64,000 bases of DNA from Candidatus Bathyarchaeota archaeon. GTDB taxonomy: Archaea > Thermoproteota > Bathyarchaeia > Bathyarchaeales > Bathycorpusculaceae. Shown here one piece after another: positions 1-9,620 of the stretch; positions within the stretch are counted from its first letter, which is position 1, and each line of letters starts with the position of its first letter. Both the position numbers and the translations under genes were made by a program. The stretch covers positions 256,001 to 320,000 of the forward strand of contig CAWEPZ010000011.1 of NCBI GenBank assembly GCA_963811105.1. Direction: 5' to 3'. Under the pieces are notes generated by a model. It ran no database searches. It worked only from the letters and a program-made list of their open reading frames with translations, and was not told the origin of the DNA.

Positions 1-553
1 ATCGGTCGGTTTCTTCGAGTTTCGTGCTAACGTCAAAAATCGGTTTATCTAGTTTTTCGCCTGGCTTTGGGCAGTGGTCTAAGCCCAAATCCTTGAAGGT
101 GATTTTGCCTTGTTCAAGCCGTTTAAAAACTGACGAGCCTTTTGGCAAGCCGTTGCGGTAGATGATTTCAAGCGGGACCAAGCAGTTTTTCAACTCAGGA
201 GTATAGATCTTGTAGTCATGTTCGATTTCGCCGTTGACTACCCTTGTCTTTGGCTTGTAAACATTGACTATATCAACTTCCATGATGCTTGATGGTTGTT
301 TTAACTTATCAAACTTGACAGCTTTGCCGTCGGTACCAACCAAACCATGATAATGAGTCTTAACGCCTTTTCGCTGTAGCTGTTCAAAGCAGTAAGCGCC
401 CATAAGGCATAATGCAGCACCTTTGCCGTCTATGTGGTCGGGCATTTCACCCCAATCAAAAACGCTATAGCGGTTAGAAAAGAGAAATCTTCCAATACCC
501 ATAGCTTCTTTGGTTGGATTTTTGATTACTTCGAGATCTTTAACGCTGCCCAT
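1..553 (-). CDS. purC: Phosphoribosylaminoimidazolesuccinocarboxamide synthase, archaeal type (runs off the window start)
   Basis: Manual translation from ATG at 553: MGSVKDLEV...F.FSNRYSVFDWGEMPDHIDGKGAALCLMGAYCFE; adjacent to purE. Confidence 0.9.
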   Translation of the reverse strand, partial: MGSVKDLEVIKNPTKEAMGIGRFLFSNRYSVFDWGEMPDHIDGKGAALCLMGAYCFEQLQRKGVKTHYHGLVGTDGKAVKFDKLKQPSSIMEVDIVNVYKPKTRVVNGEIEHDYKIYTPELKNCLVPLEIIYRNGLPKGSSVFKRLEQGKITFKDLGLDHCPKPGEKLDKPIFDVSTKLEETDR

Positions 554-695
554 GCTTTTTCTCTCAGCTTATCTTTGATTCTATCAGAATATTCTATTTT
601 AGCTTATATCAGTTTACTAGAAATATCTGATAAGATAGTCGCAGCTGCATTTAACTAAGAAATTAAGTTGTTTACCTTTGTGTACAGAGAACAGC

Positions 696-1181
696 TTAAG
701 TTAGTTTCTTTACTGATTCGTTGGCTCTTTCTAGCTCTTTCCTCTTGGAATCCTGATAATTCTTAACTTTCTCTGCCAAAGCATTGTCCTCCAAGGCAAA
801 GATTTTAGCTCCGGCAATTGCGGCTCCTTCAGACGATATAGTTACAACCGAACCTATGCCGCTTGGCACTCGTAGCGATGAGAGAATGTCTGCGCCGCTG
901 AAGGTTTCGGAGTATGGGGGGCATGCAATCACAGGTTTAGATGAGTTTGCATCAACAAAAGCACTCAGTGCATTTGAGCGTCCAGCCACAGTGATGTAAA
1001 CTACTTTTTCAGCTTCAAATTCTTTTATTATTTCCAACACTTTGTCCGGGGTTTTGTGTGCTGAGGCTACTCTGAACTCGTAGTTTACGCCTAAAAGCTT
1101 AAGGTACTTTGCAATTTCCCTGGAGAAATCCAGGTCCCGCTCTGAACCCATCACAATAACTGCCATTACAGACATAACCAA
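696..1181 (-). CDS. purE: AIR carboxylase / N5-CAIR mutase PurE (true start may be a few codons downstream)
   Basis: IVMGSERD, VASAHKTP, AGRSNAL and PVIACPP motifs. Confidence 0.92.
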   Translation of the reverse strand: MVMSVMAVIVMGSERDLDFSREIAKYLKLLGVNYEFRVASAHKTPDKVLEIIKEFEAEKVVYITVAGRSNALSAFVDANSSKPVIACPPYSETFSGADILSSLRVPSGIGSVVTISSEGAAIAGAKIFALEDNALAEKVKNYQDSKRKELERANESVKKLT

Positions 1182-1301
1182 TTCCTTCTAAATGCTTAAG
1201 AAAAACAAGCTAATTAATTAAGCTGTCCAATCAGTTGTTACCCAGTAACAGTCACATTAATTTATTATTCAATTTATGAGTTATGTGCTTGTATTCCCGA
1301 G

Positions 1302-1787
1302 ATGAACTTTATGTCGGAACAGAGCATACATCGACCCAAAGAATTAGAATTGCTTAAACAGCTTATTGGAGAATGGAACGTAGGTATAGCTATGAAAATA
1401 TCAGACGACAAAATCATCTCTGGATGTGGAGAAATGACTGCAACAGAAATTCCTCAGGTAGGCAGTATAAACTCTGAAATCAACACACACTTAGAAGGCT
1501 ATGATGATTATTATGAGAATGACTTGTGGAGTATTGACCAACCCACTGGAAAAGTGCACCTATTCGGAATGACTTCAGAAGGTGACACCCACGACCATAT
1601 CGGCAACTGGAAAGATGACAAAACCCTTGAATTACACTGGAGAGGAACCTTCGATGACCAAGAATTGGAAGAGAGGATAGTCGCAAAATGGTTAAGTAAA
1701 GATCAGATTGAAGTCAAAGAAATCAATTATTCCAAAGGCGTAGTTATCTTGACTATTGACTACGTTTTCAAAAGAAAAGAAACCTAA
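1302..1787 (+). CDS. Hypothetical beta-barrel protein (DUF1579/lipocalin-like)
   Basis: ELELLKQLIGEW N-terminal motif, beta-strand-rich, 161 aa. Confidence 0.45.
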   Translation: MNFMSEQSIHRPKELELLKQLIGEWNVGIAMKISDDKIISGCGEMTATEIPQVGSINSEINTHLEGYDDYYENDLWSIDQPTGKVHLFGMTSEGDTHDHIGNWKDDKTLELHWRGTFDDQELEERIVAKWLSKDQIEVKEINYSKGVVILTIDYVFKRKET

Positions 1788-2269
1788 CCGAGCAATTTAG
1801 TCAACATTTTTGTTAATCGTGTTGCTGCTTCTCCTACTTCAACGGTTAAACCTTCGCCAAACTCCATGCTCTTAGGCTCAACCAACAGCAAACCAATTTT
1901 TGCAGCAGTTGCCTGCTTAACGTATTCACAGAAAATCCGCAAAGGCAACAAATGTGTCGTGATAGCTGAATAGCATTCAGTTTTTTCAAAATCAAACAGG
2001 CTGGCTTCCCCAGGATTCAAACCTAAAAAAGCGGCATCAATCAATAAAACATGCGTTGGTTGAAACTCCTCAATATCTAAAAGATAGCTTTCTGGAACTG
2101 TCTCTGCTTCAAGCAAAAGAACGATTGGCGGTAGTTTGCCTTTTAGTTGCTCTACGATTTTTAATCCTACGTAGTCGTCTGTTCGGATGGGATTTCCGAT
2201 TCCGGCTATGACGACCTTCTTTAAATCAACAAACCAGTTTCTGAGTTCTGTTTCTATTCCATCAATCAT
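1784..2269 (-). CDS. hycI: [NiFe]-hydrogenase maturation endopeptidase (HycI-like)
   Basis: VVIAGIGNPIRTDDYVG, ETVPE, LLIDAA and TTHLLPL motifs; downstream of hydrogenase genes. Confidence 0.88.
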   Translation of the reverse strand: MIDGIETELRNWFVDLKKVVIAGIGNPIRTDDYVGLKIVEQLKGKLPPIVLLLEAETVPESYLLDIEEFQPTHVLLIDAAFLGLNPGEASLFDFEKTECYSAITTHLLPLRIFCEYVKQATAAKIGLLLVEPKSMEFGEGLTVEVGEAATRLTKMLTKLLG

Positions 2270-2333
2270 CGAAGCACCAATTAAAAAGAAATAAGCTGTG
2301 AAACTAGAAAAAGATTACCCACAAAATATACGG

Positions 2334-2693
2334 CTATTTTGTTTTCTTGGCTAGCTGCGGAGGCTTACGTCTTGCGTCCCAAGCATGATGCAATCCTAAA
2401 CCTGGATGATGAAGAAGCATTCTTGGGCCTGAGTAGCGCATGACTTTTTTGACTTTTTCTTTCATGTCTGGGCGATAACAGTGAACAATGCATTTGCCAC
2501 AGGTGCTTTTTTTATCTTGAAACGGACATTTATCGAGTCGCATAAACGCGTATTCCTTGAATTGGGTGCATTCTGGGCATAGTTCGTCGTGGGTTTCGTG
2601 GTGTCCTTTGCAGTAGATTTCAACCATGTAACCTATTGTTTTTTTCTCGCGTTTCATTCTTTTATGTTCTGGGTTAGGTTGTTGCGGTTGCAC
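2334..2693 (-). CDS. YgbA / 'nitrous oxide-stimulated promoter' family Cys-rich protein
   Basis: REKKTI..MVEIYC..HH...LCPEC...RLDKCP....K.TC..C.VHCY....MRYSGPRM pattern. Confidence 0.85.
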   Translation of the reverse strand: MQPQQPNPEHKRMKREKKTIGYMVEIYCKGHHETHDELCPECTQFKEYAFMRLDKCPFQDKKSTCGKCIVHCYRPDMKEKVKKVMRYSGPRMLLHHPGLGLHHAWDARRKPPQLAKKTK

Positions 2694-2829
2694 GTAAATC
2701 AGAGGTCCATTGACGAATAAGTGTCGTCGTATTCACTTAAGGGTTTACTCTAGAACGTTCAGGTTTTTCAGAATATTGGGTACTTATGAAAAATATCTAA
2801 AAATATGCCCTAAAGAAAAATGGGTTAAA

Positions 2830-4284
2830 TTAACGAGATACGGAGCTGATTCGTTGTTTTTGGGCGTTGAAGACTTCAACTGTTAGTGGCATTTTTCCGA
2901 TTGCAGCGTGTGTTGCGCATCCGAAGCACGGATCATAAGCCCTGAAAGCCATTTCAACCATGTTGAGTATACCTTGGTCAACTTTGCCGCTGTGGATTAA
3001 GCCTTTAGCTGCATCGCGTATGCTCATGCAGATTGCAGGATAATTGTTTGTCGTCGCTACAATTAGGTTTACATCTTTGACGAGTGCGTCTTTGTCCAAG
3101 GTATAGTGGTGGATGAGCGTGCCTCTAGCTGCTTCAACGATGCCAACGCCTTCGCCTGGTTCGCCTGGTGTGTTGCGTATGTTTGTGCTGGTAATTTCTG
3201 GATCTTTTATCAGCTCCATTGTTCTTTCGGTTGCGTAAAGTAGCTCGATGAGCCTTGCCCAGTGGAAAGCGAGTGTGCTATGGACTGGTTTTCCGCCCAG
3301 GGTCTTGTACATAACTTCGTATTCTGCTTGTGCAAGAGGTGTTGCCATGCCGTCTGAAGCGTTTAATCGTCCAAGTGGACCAACACGGTACACGCCGCTG
3401 TCTTTGCCTGGGATTTGCCCTTTCCAGCCGATTGCTTTGAGGTATGGGAATTTGCTGTACGTCCATTCTTCAACGTGTTCACCGATGTGTTTGAGGTAAT
3501 CTTTTGATTCGAATTTGAGGAATTCTTTGCCTGATGGGTCAACGACTCGAATTTTGCCGTCGTAAAAATTAACTTTGTTGTTTTGGTCAACGGTGCCCAT
3601 ATAATAGGTTGGCATTGTGTAGGCCTGGCTTCTGATTAGGTCAACGTATTTGGTGTTGCCAAGTACGATATCATGGAAAATCTTGAGGGTGAATTGGGCG
3701 AAATCTACGCATGAAGTAGCCATTGTTTCAATTTCTTGCCTTTTTTCTTCCGACAGTGATTTGGAGATTCCGCCGGGTATTCCGCAGACAGGGTGGGTCG
3801 CTTTTCCACCTAAGATTTCAGTTATTTTTTGACCGTATGCTCTGTGCTTTATAACTTCAGCTGCAATTGGCATTCCTACTTTCTCGATAACTCCGAGAAT
3901 GTTGCGTTTTTCTGGTGGTGCGTCAGGTCCAACAATAAAGTCTGGTCCGCCAAGATAGTAGAAGTGTAGTATATGGTCGTAGATGAAGTAGGCGCTGTAC
4001 ATTAGTTCTCTGAGTTTCTTTGCCGCCGAAGGTGGGTCAACGTTGAATGCTGCATCTAGGGCTTTTGTGGCTGCGAAGTGGTGTGCGACGGGGCAGACAC
4101 CGCAGATTCTGGTTGTGAGTTGCGGCATTAGTTCTGCTCTTCGGCCAATACAGAATTTCTCGAATCCTCTCAGTTCTGGAATTTTGAGATACGCATTTTC
4201 TACTTCGCCCAGATCGTTGAGGAATATAGACACGTTTCCGTGTCCTTCAAGGCGTGTGATTGGATCGATAACTATTTCTTTCAT
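2830..4284 (-). CDS. mvhA: Group 3c-type [NiFe]-hydrogenase large subunit MvhA
   Basis: IDPITRLEGH, L1 RICGVC, L2 RAYDPCFGCATH plus C-terminal extension; follows mvhG. Confidence 0.88.
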   Translation of the reverse strand: MKEIVIDPITRLEGHGNVSIFLNDLGEVENAYLKIPELRGFEKFCIGRRAELMPQLTTRICGVCPVAHHFAATKALDAAFNVDPPSAAKKLRELMYSAYFIYDHILHFYYLGGPDFIVGPDAPPEKRNILGVIEKVGMPIAAEVIKHRAYGQKITEILGGKATHPVCGIPGGISKSLSEEKRQEIETMATSCVDFAQFTLKIFHDIVLGNTKYVDLIRSQAYTMPTYYMGTVDQNNKVNFYDGKIRVVDPSGKEFLKFESKDYLKHIGEHVEEWTYSKFPYLKAIGWKGQIPGKDSGVYRVGPLGRLNASDGMATPLAQAEYEVMYKTLGGKPVHSTLAFHWARLIELLYATERTMELIKDPEITSTNIRNTPGEPGEGVGIVEAARGTLIHHYTLDKDALVKDVNLIVATTNNYPAICMSIRDAAKGLIHSGKVDQGILNMVEMAFRAYDPCFGCATHAAIGKMPLTVEVFNAQKQRISSVSR

Positions 4285-5270
4285 TTCTTAATCACCTTTC
4301 GTTTTAAAATTGAAGCTGGTAAACCATACATATAGAACGTGCCGACCGGGTCTTTGACCTGGCTTAATAATTCTTCAGTCTCTTTCTCGGTATATTTGGC
4401 TTTCCCTGGTTCTCCATCGTAACCCAATATTGAAGCCAAAGCAGAGACTATTGCTGCACCTTGGTCAGGCACGTTTGGAGCCGGTCCCCCGCAACCTGTG
4501 CATGGCATGTCAACGTTTAAGCATTGAGCACCACAACCGCTTCTGGTCGCAAGTCCCAAGCAGAGGATTCCTTGTTCGAGAAGGCATTTTTCTGGTTCAG
4601 GAGCTTTTTCGTAGACTCTATAGATTTTGCCAATTTTCTTGTTTTCACGTTTTCTTGGACATTCGTCACATACTGCTTTGAGCGGCGCGAGAACTGAACC
4701 TTTTGGCGGTAACTTATTGCTTGCTATCGAATCTACTGCGGCAGCGATTAGTTTGACTGGGGGTGGGCAACCTGGGAGGTAATAGTCTACATCAACTGTT
4801 TGGGCTAAGGTTTTTACTGTATCGTAGAACTCTGGGATTTTCAATGTGCCTTCTTTCACCTGGGTCTGGGTCTTAGGAGTAACTCCTTGAGGATTGACAT
4901 TTGATTTGTCTTTTATGTAAACTTGATCAAAAATCTCTTGCTTATTGTTTAAGTTAGCTAATCCAGGTACGCTTCCTTGATGAGCACATGAACCGAAAGC
5001 AACAAGAGTTTTAGACTTTTCCCTAAGTACCTTAGCCATGTGTTCTTGTTCAGAGTTGCGTATTGAACCGTTGAAGAAAGTGATATCTATTGATTTGTCA
5101 GGCATGTTATCGACATCTTTGTATTTGATGTCAATAGCTACTGGCCAAAAAACAATGTCGGCTAATTGGACCACGTCAAGGATTTTTTCGTTTAAGTCTA
5201 AAACGGCTATTTCGCAACCGCCGCAACTTGCAGCCCAGTAAAAGGCTATTTTTAACTTGTTTTTACTCAT
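4281..5270 (-). CDS. mvhG: F420-non-reducing hydrogenase Fe-S subunit MvhG
   Basis: WAASCGGCE, FGSCA, LPGCPP, VCDECPR, CLLEQG..CLG..TRSGC...C...PCTGCGG; ATGA overlaps with hdrB and mvhA. Confidence 0.88.
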   Translation of the reverse strand: MSKNKLKIAFYWAASCGGCEIAVLDLNEKILDVVQLADIVFWPVAIDIKYKDVDNMPDKSIDITFFNGSIRNSEQEHMAKVLREKSKTLVAFGSCAHQGSVPGLANLNNKQEIFDQVYIKDKSNVNPQGVTPKTQTQVKEGTLKIPEFYDTVKTLAQTVDVDYYLPGCPPPVKLIAAAVDSIASNKLPPKGSVLAPLKAVCDECPRKRENKKIGKIYRVYEKAPEPEKCLLEQGILCLGLATRSGCGAQCLNVDMPCTGCGGPAPNVPDQGAAIVSALASILGYDGEPGKAKYTEKETEELLSQVKDPVGTFYMYGLPASILKRKVIKK

Positions 5271-6172
5271 TGTTTGTTTGCTCCTTCGGTTACTTGTTTT
5301 ATTATTTTTGATGCATTCACTCGGAGTTCGTTGAAGGCTAGTTCTTCCGCGGTTAGACCCATTGCTAAACCGAGCAACTGTGGGTAATGGAGAATTGGAA
5401 TGCCATAAGCTTCATTAAACGCTTTCTCTATGCGCAACTCGTTTGTATCATACATTATGTGGCAAAACGGACAAATGGTGATTAATGCTTGTGCATCAAC
5501 CATTTTCACATGGTTTAATTTGTCCCTTGCGAGTTGCAACGCAATTTTGTCGCTGACGCCAACGCTAGGTGCCCCACAGCATTCTGTTTCATCAATGTAA
5601 TCCAAGCACGTGGCTCCCGTGGCTTCTATGAGCATTTTAAGAGTCTGCGGGTCTTCTGGGTCGTCAAAACCAATATATTCTTTGGGCCTCAGAATGTGGC
5701 ATCCATTGTGCTCTGCGACCTTAAGCATAGTAAGGGGTTTGACAATTGAGGCTTTGATTTTTTCTATACCAACGTCTTCTTTAAGCAGTTGCAAAAGATG
5801 TTTTGTCTCAAGGGTTCCTTTGAATTCTAATCCCACTTCTTTGAGGTGACCATTAATTTGCTCTTTCAGCACTTTGTCCTCTTTTAGAGTCTTGTTAACT
5901 TTTTTTAACGTGCCAGCGCAGCCTGGACAAAGTGTGAGAATGTTTAAGCCCGTTTGCTCTGCCAACGCCAGGTTTTTTGCTGCCAAAATGAGCATGGTTT
6001 CATGGCTTACTGGATCTAAAGGTAATCCGCAGCAGTTGAATTCTGGCATTTCAACCAGTTCAACTCCGAGTTTGGCGAGAACTTTGCGAGCAGAAATCTC
6101 GTAAGCTGAAACTCGATATGGGATAGCGCATCCGAGAAATAGGAGGAATTTATTGCCCACTTGGTTTATCAC
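5267..6172 (-). CDS. hdrB: Heterodisulfide reductase subunit B
   Basis: Two CCG domains (FLGC...NCCG...CPGC; HNGCH...ECCG...CPFCH); HYPQLLGLAMG. Confidence 0.92.
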   Translation of the reverse strand: MINQVGNKFLLFLGCAIPYRVSAYEISARKVLAKLGVELVEMPEFNCCGLPLDPVSHETMLILAAKNLALAEQTGLNILTLCPGCAGTLKKVNKTLKEDKVLKEQINGHLKEVGLEFKGTLETKHLLQLLKEDVGIEKIKASIVKPLTMLKVAEHNGCHILRPKEYIGFDDPEDPQTLKMLIEATGATCLDYIDETECCGAPSVGVSDKIALQLARDKLNHVKMVDAQALITICPFCHIMYDTNELRIEKAFNEAYGIPILHYPQLLGLAMGLTAEELAFNELRVNASKIIKQVTEGANKQ

Positions 6173-6707
6173 CTGTTGGTTTCTGGACTCTTTCGACGAA
6201 TTTTACGCCTTTTAGCACTTTTTTAACATTCTCAGCATTGCCTTTTGCTAATGGCGGCAACCCTTGAGACTCACGTTTTTTAACTCTTAAGTCGGGAATC
6301 TTGTAGGCGTAGCCTGTTTCAAGCAAGCTTGCTGCTTGGTCTTTGAAAACTTGAGGTATGCAGCCGTTTTCTACTGCTAAATTGCGGAAAACTCGGATCA
6401 CGTTTGCCACTTCGACGTCTTGTGGGCAGCGATCAGTGCATGTGAAGCAGGCTGCGCATAACCATAATGTGTCGCTTTTAAGAACTCGATCTTTTAGCCC
6501 CAGTTGAGCCATGTGAATTAGAGTTCTTGGCCTGTAACTGTCGCTGTATCTTGCTACTGGGCAGTCTGAGGTGCATGTTCCACACTGGAAACACTTCAAA
6601 ATTTTTTCGCTTCCGTGCATCTTAATCAGTTCGTACTTGAATTTGGGGTCAAGTTCGGAAGCTTTTATGGGCTCTTTGCCTGAGTTTGTTAATGGTGTCT
6701 CAGTCAT
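6150..6707 (-). CDS. hdrC: Heterodisulfide reductase subunit C
   Basis: CFQCGTCTSDCP and LWLCAACFTCTDRCPQ. Confidence 0.92.
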   Translation of the reverse strand: MTETPLTNSGKEPIKASELDPKFKYELIKMHGSEKILKCFQCGTCTSDCPVARYSDSYRPRTLIHMAQLGLKDRVLKSDTLWLCAACFTCTDRCPQDVEVANVIRVFRNLAVENGCIPQVFKDQAASLLETGYAYKIPDLRVKKRESQGLPPLAKGNAENVKKVLKGVKFVERVQKPTGDKPSGQ

Positions 6708-6933
6708 GTGGATTCACTCTGACTGGTTTTAGGTAGCACCCTAAGTGCTTATTTACCATCAATTCCCAACTCAATCATTTAAATGTTCAGTAAAACCTTG
6801 GTCGAATTTTCCATGACGTCAGGTTTGTTAGAATAATCTTATGCAGGGCAATTCTAAGAGGAAGTTTGTTAAAGAATAGTGATTGCTCTTAAGATTCAAC
6901 CGAAAATAACAAGAGGAAAAATAAGATGGCTGC

Positions 6934-8379
6934 TTATCTGATTTTGCGGTCTAATAATTTGCCTTCAGCATCAACTAGTTTGATGTCGAGTGGCATTTGG
7001 CCGATTGCGTGTGTTGCGCAGCTCAAGCAAGGATCAAACGCGCGGATTACTGCTTCCACTCGATTTAGCATACCTTCTTGGAGCGTTTTGGCTTTGACGT
7101 ATTTTTTGGCTACTTGTGTGATTGCCATGTTGTAGGCGATGTTGTTGTGTTCTGTCGCGATAACCATGTTGTTGTATGTGATTAGTCCTTGTGGGTCAAC
7201 TTTGTAATGGTGGATGAGAGTGCCTCTTGGTGCTTCAGCGAAACCGACTCCTTCATAATTGTTTACCATAGCTTTGGATGTGACGTGTTCGGAGAGGATT
7301 TCGGGGTCGTCGAGCAGTTCCTTTGCAGTTTCAACGCAGAATAGCAACTCGATTAAGCGCGCGTAGTGGTAATGGAATGTGCTTTGGACTACTCCGTTTT
7401 TGCCCATTTTCTTAAATTCCATCATTTCTTCGTTTGCAAGCGGCGTATCACAATGAGACGCTACATTAAGTCTTGCTAGAGGTCCAACCCGGTAGGCGCC
7501 TTCTGGATAACCCACAGCTTTGAAGTAAGGGAACTTCATCCATGTCCATGGCTCAACCGCTTCACCGATGAACTCCTGATACATTATTGGGTCAACGCAT
7601 TGTGCGACCACGGTGCCGTTCTTGTCCATTATGGTGAGTCTGCCATCGTATTGTTCGAGCCCACCGTCAGGGCTCACTAAACCCATGTAGTAACTAGGGA
7701 AGTTACCGAAGTTTTCAACTTCGTCGCCAAATTGACTAAGCATGCCCTTGAATAATGCAAGAGTTTTGGCTGCAATTTGCTGAGCTTCAGGCAAATTAGC
7801 TCTAAGGTAATCTGCTCGTTCCTGCGTAAGTGGCCATTTAGCGCCGCCGGGCACTATCCAGTCAGCTGAGTGGATTCGTTTGCCAGCAATTTTCTCGATG
7901 AGTTCTTGACCGAACTTTCGCAGTCTGATTCCTTGGCGTGCTAGTTCCGGGTCTTTCTCTATTATGCCAAAGACATTTCTTACTGCTGGATCTGAATCCA
8001 TTCCTAAGATTAGATCAGGTGAGGATAGATGGTAGAAGTTTAAGGCGTGAGATTGAATTAGCTGTCCCATGTGCATCAAACGGCGTAGTTTTATTGCGGT
8101 TTTTGGCGGGCTTACTCCGACGATTGCGTCGCATGCTTTGGCTGAAGCTAGTAGGTGGCTTACTGGGCAGATGCCGCATGCTCTTGAGGTTATTGCGGGC
8201 ATTTCATAGAATGGTCTGCCTTCGGTGAATTTCTCGAAGCCTCGAAAGTCAGTTACTTGGAACCGTGCGTCTTTTACTGTGTCATCATTGTTAAGAAATA
8301 TTGTTACTTGAGCGTGCCCTTCAATTCTTGTTATTGGAGCAATCACAATTTGTTTGGGGTTTTTTTGTTCTTTAACCAT
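6934..8379 (-). CDS. hoxH: Group 3d-type (Hox) [NiFe]-hydrogenase large subunit
   Basis: [46 protein letters not shown]2 [16 protein letters not shown]. Confidence 0.88.
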   Translation of the reverse strand: MVKEQKNPKQIVIAPITRIEGHAQVTIFLNNDDTVKDARFQVTDFRGFEKFTEGRPFYEMPAITSRACGICPVSHLLASAKACDAIVGVSPPKTAIKLRRLMHMGQLIQSHALNFYHLSSPDLILGMDSDPAVRNVFGIIEKDPELARQGIRLRKFGQELIEKIAGKRIHSADWIVPGGAKWPLTQERADYLRANLPEAQQIAAKTLALFKGMLSQFGDEVENFGNFPSYYMGLVSPDGGLEQYDGRLTIMDKNGTVVAQCVDPIMYQEFIGEAVEPWTWMKFPYFKAVGYPEGAYRVGPLARLNVASHCDTPLANEEMMEFKKMGKNGVVQSTFHYHYARLIELLFCVETAKELLDDPEILSEHVTSKAMVNNYEGVGFAEAPRGTLIHHYKVDPQGLITYNNMVIATEHNNIAYNMAITQVAKKYVKAKTLQEGMLNRVEAVIRAFDPCLSCATHAIGQMPLDIKLVDAEGKLLDRKIR

Positions 8380-8914
8380 ATTTTGATCTACCCTCCATTT
8401 TTGGTGTTCTACCAGCTAACAGCTCGGTTAACACGTAGTTAATCAAGTCTGCTGATGGTGGACACCCAGGAATGTAGAAGTCAACTTTAACTGCTTCATG
8501 AAGCGGACGAGCCTTAACAAGCAACTTAGGCACTTGATCAGGTTTTTGCGGATTCAAATCATAATTGTTAAGATAAGCTCTCTCAACGATTAACTGATCA
8601 CTATGTCGCCAAGCGTTTCTTAATGCGGTAACGTTTCCCGTTACAGCACAATCACCAAGTGAAATCAAAACCTTACTTTTTGCTCTTGCATTCTTTAGCA
8701 TAGCTAACTGTTCTTCATTAGCAATAGCACCTTCGATCAAAGTTACGTCAACATTTTCGGGGAATTCTTTAATGTCAGCAATTGGGCTGAAAACTATCTG
8801 GATTTTTTGAGCCAAATCAATAAGTCGTTCATCTTGGTCCAAGAATGACATATGGCAACCTGAACATCCACTAAGCCAAATAGTTGCGACCCTAACTTTT
8901 GCCGGTGAAGTCAT
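8372..8914 (-). CDS. hoxY: Hox hydrogenase small subunit
   Basis: VATIWLSGCSGCHMSFLD, GDCAVTGNV, IPGCPPSAD; short single-cluster form, 180 aa. Confidence 0.9.
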   Translation of the reverse strand: MTSPAKVRVATIWLSGCSGCHMSFLDQDERLIDLAQKIQIVFSPIADIKEFPENVDVTLIEGAIANEEQLAMLKNARAKSKVLISLGDCAVTGNVTALRNAWRHSDQLIVERAYLNNYDLNPQKPDQVPKLLVKARPLHEAVKVDFYIPGCPPSADLINYVLTELLAGRTPKMEGRSKYG

Positions 8915-9618
8915 TTGTGATTCCTCCTTGCCAAGATAAACTCAGCAATATCTTTGCGCTTGGTATGTGCTATAGGCTCTGCTTCAATGTAAATGGCTCC
9001 AACAGGGCAAACTTTGGCGCATTTGCGACATGAAGTGCAAGAGCAAGAATTAGCCCAATGCTCATCAAGATCCATTATTACCTGAGCATCTTTTCCTCGT
9101 AGTTTCAAATCAAGCGTGTGAACACCTTCAATTTGGTCACAGACACGTATGCACCTAGTGCATAGAATGCATCTGTTGCGATCAATTACGAGAAAGTCAT
9201 GAGTGGAATCAATTTCATCACGACTCCAGTTTCGCTCAAACATTACATGGTCAACGCCAAGCTGGTTTGCCATGGCTTGCAGTTCGCAGTGATCGTCAGC
9301 GACGCAGACTGAGCATATATGAGTTCTCTCGGCTAGAAGCATTTGCACAACCATCTTGCGATAGTCTTTAAGCCTATCTGAATTAGTAGAAACTTCCATT
9401 CCTGTTCCTACCGGAGTTATGCAAGCTGGAAACAGCTTGGGTGAGCCACTGATTTCGATGAGGCAAAGACGGCAACCGCCGTAGGGGGTTAAGCCTTCTA
9501 GGTTGCAGAGTGTAGGTATAATGATGCCGTTGTCTTTTGCTGCTTTGAGTATCATTGTGCCTTCTGGAACCGAAACTTCGATGCCGTCTATTTTTAGTTT
9601 AACAGTTGAAGCGCTCAT
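8911..9618 (-). CDS. hoxU: Diaphorase Fe-S subunit HoxU (NuoG N-terminus-like)
   Basis: IPTLC, GGCRLC, HICSVC...C, RCILCTRCIRVC, CTSCRKCAKVCP; start moved to MSASTVK (ATG at 9618). Confidence 0.88.
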   Translation of the reverse strand: MSASTVKLKIDGIEVSVPEGTMILKAAKDNGIIIPTLCNLEGLTPYGGCRLCLIEISGSPKLFPACITPVGTGMEVSTNSDRLKDYRKMVVQMLLAERTHICSVCVADDHCELQAMANQLGVDHVMFERNWSRDEIDSTHDFLVIDRNRCILCTRCIRVCDQIEGVHTLDLKLRGKDAQVIMDLDEHWANSCSCTSCRKCAKVCPVGAIYIEAEPIAHTKRKDIAEFILARRNHK

Positions 9619-9620
9619 TT

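Noticed and set aside
2830-8379. Selenocysteine-containing hydrogenase or Hdr subunits
   Set aside because: The L1/L2 and Fe-S ligands are ordinary Cys codons and the ORFs have no in-frame TGA.
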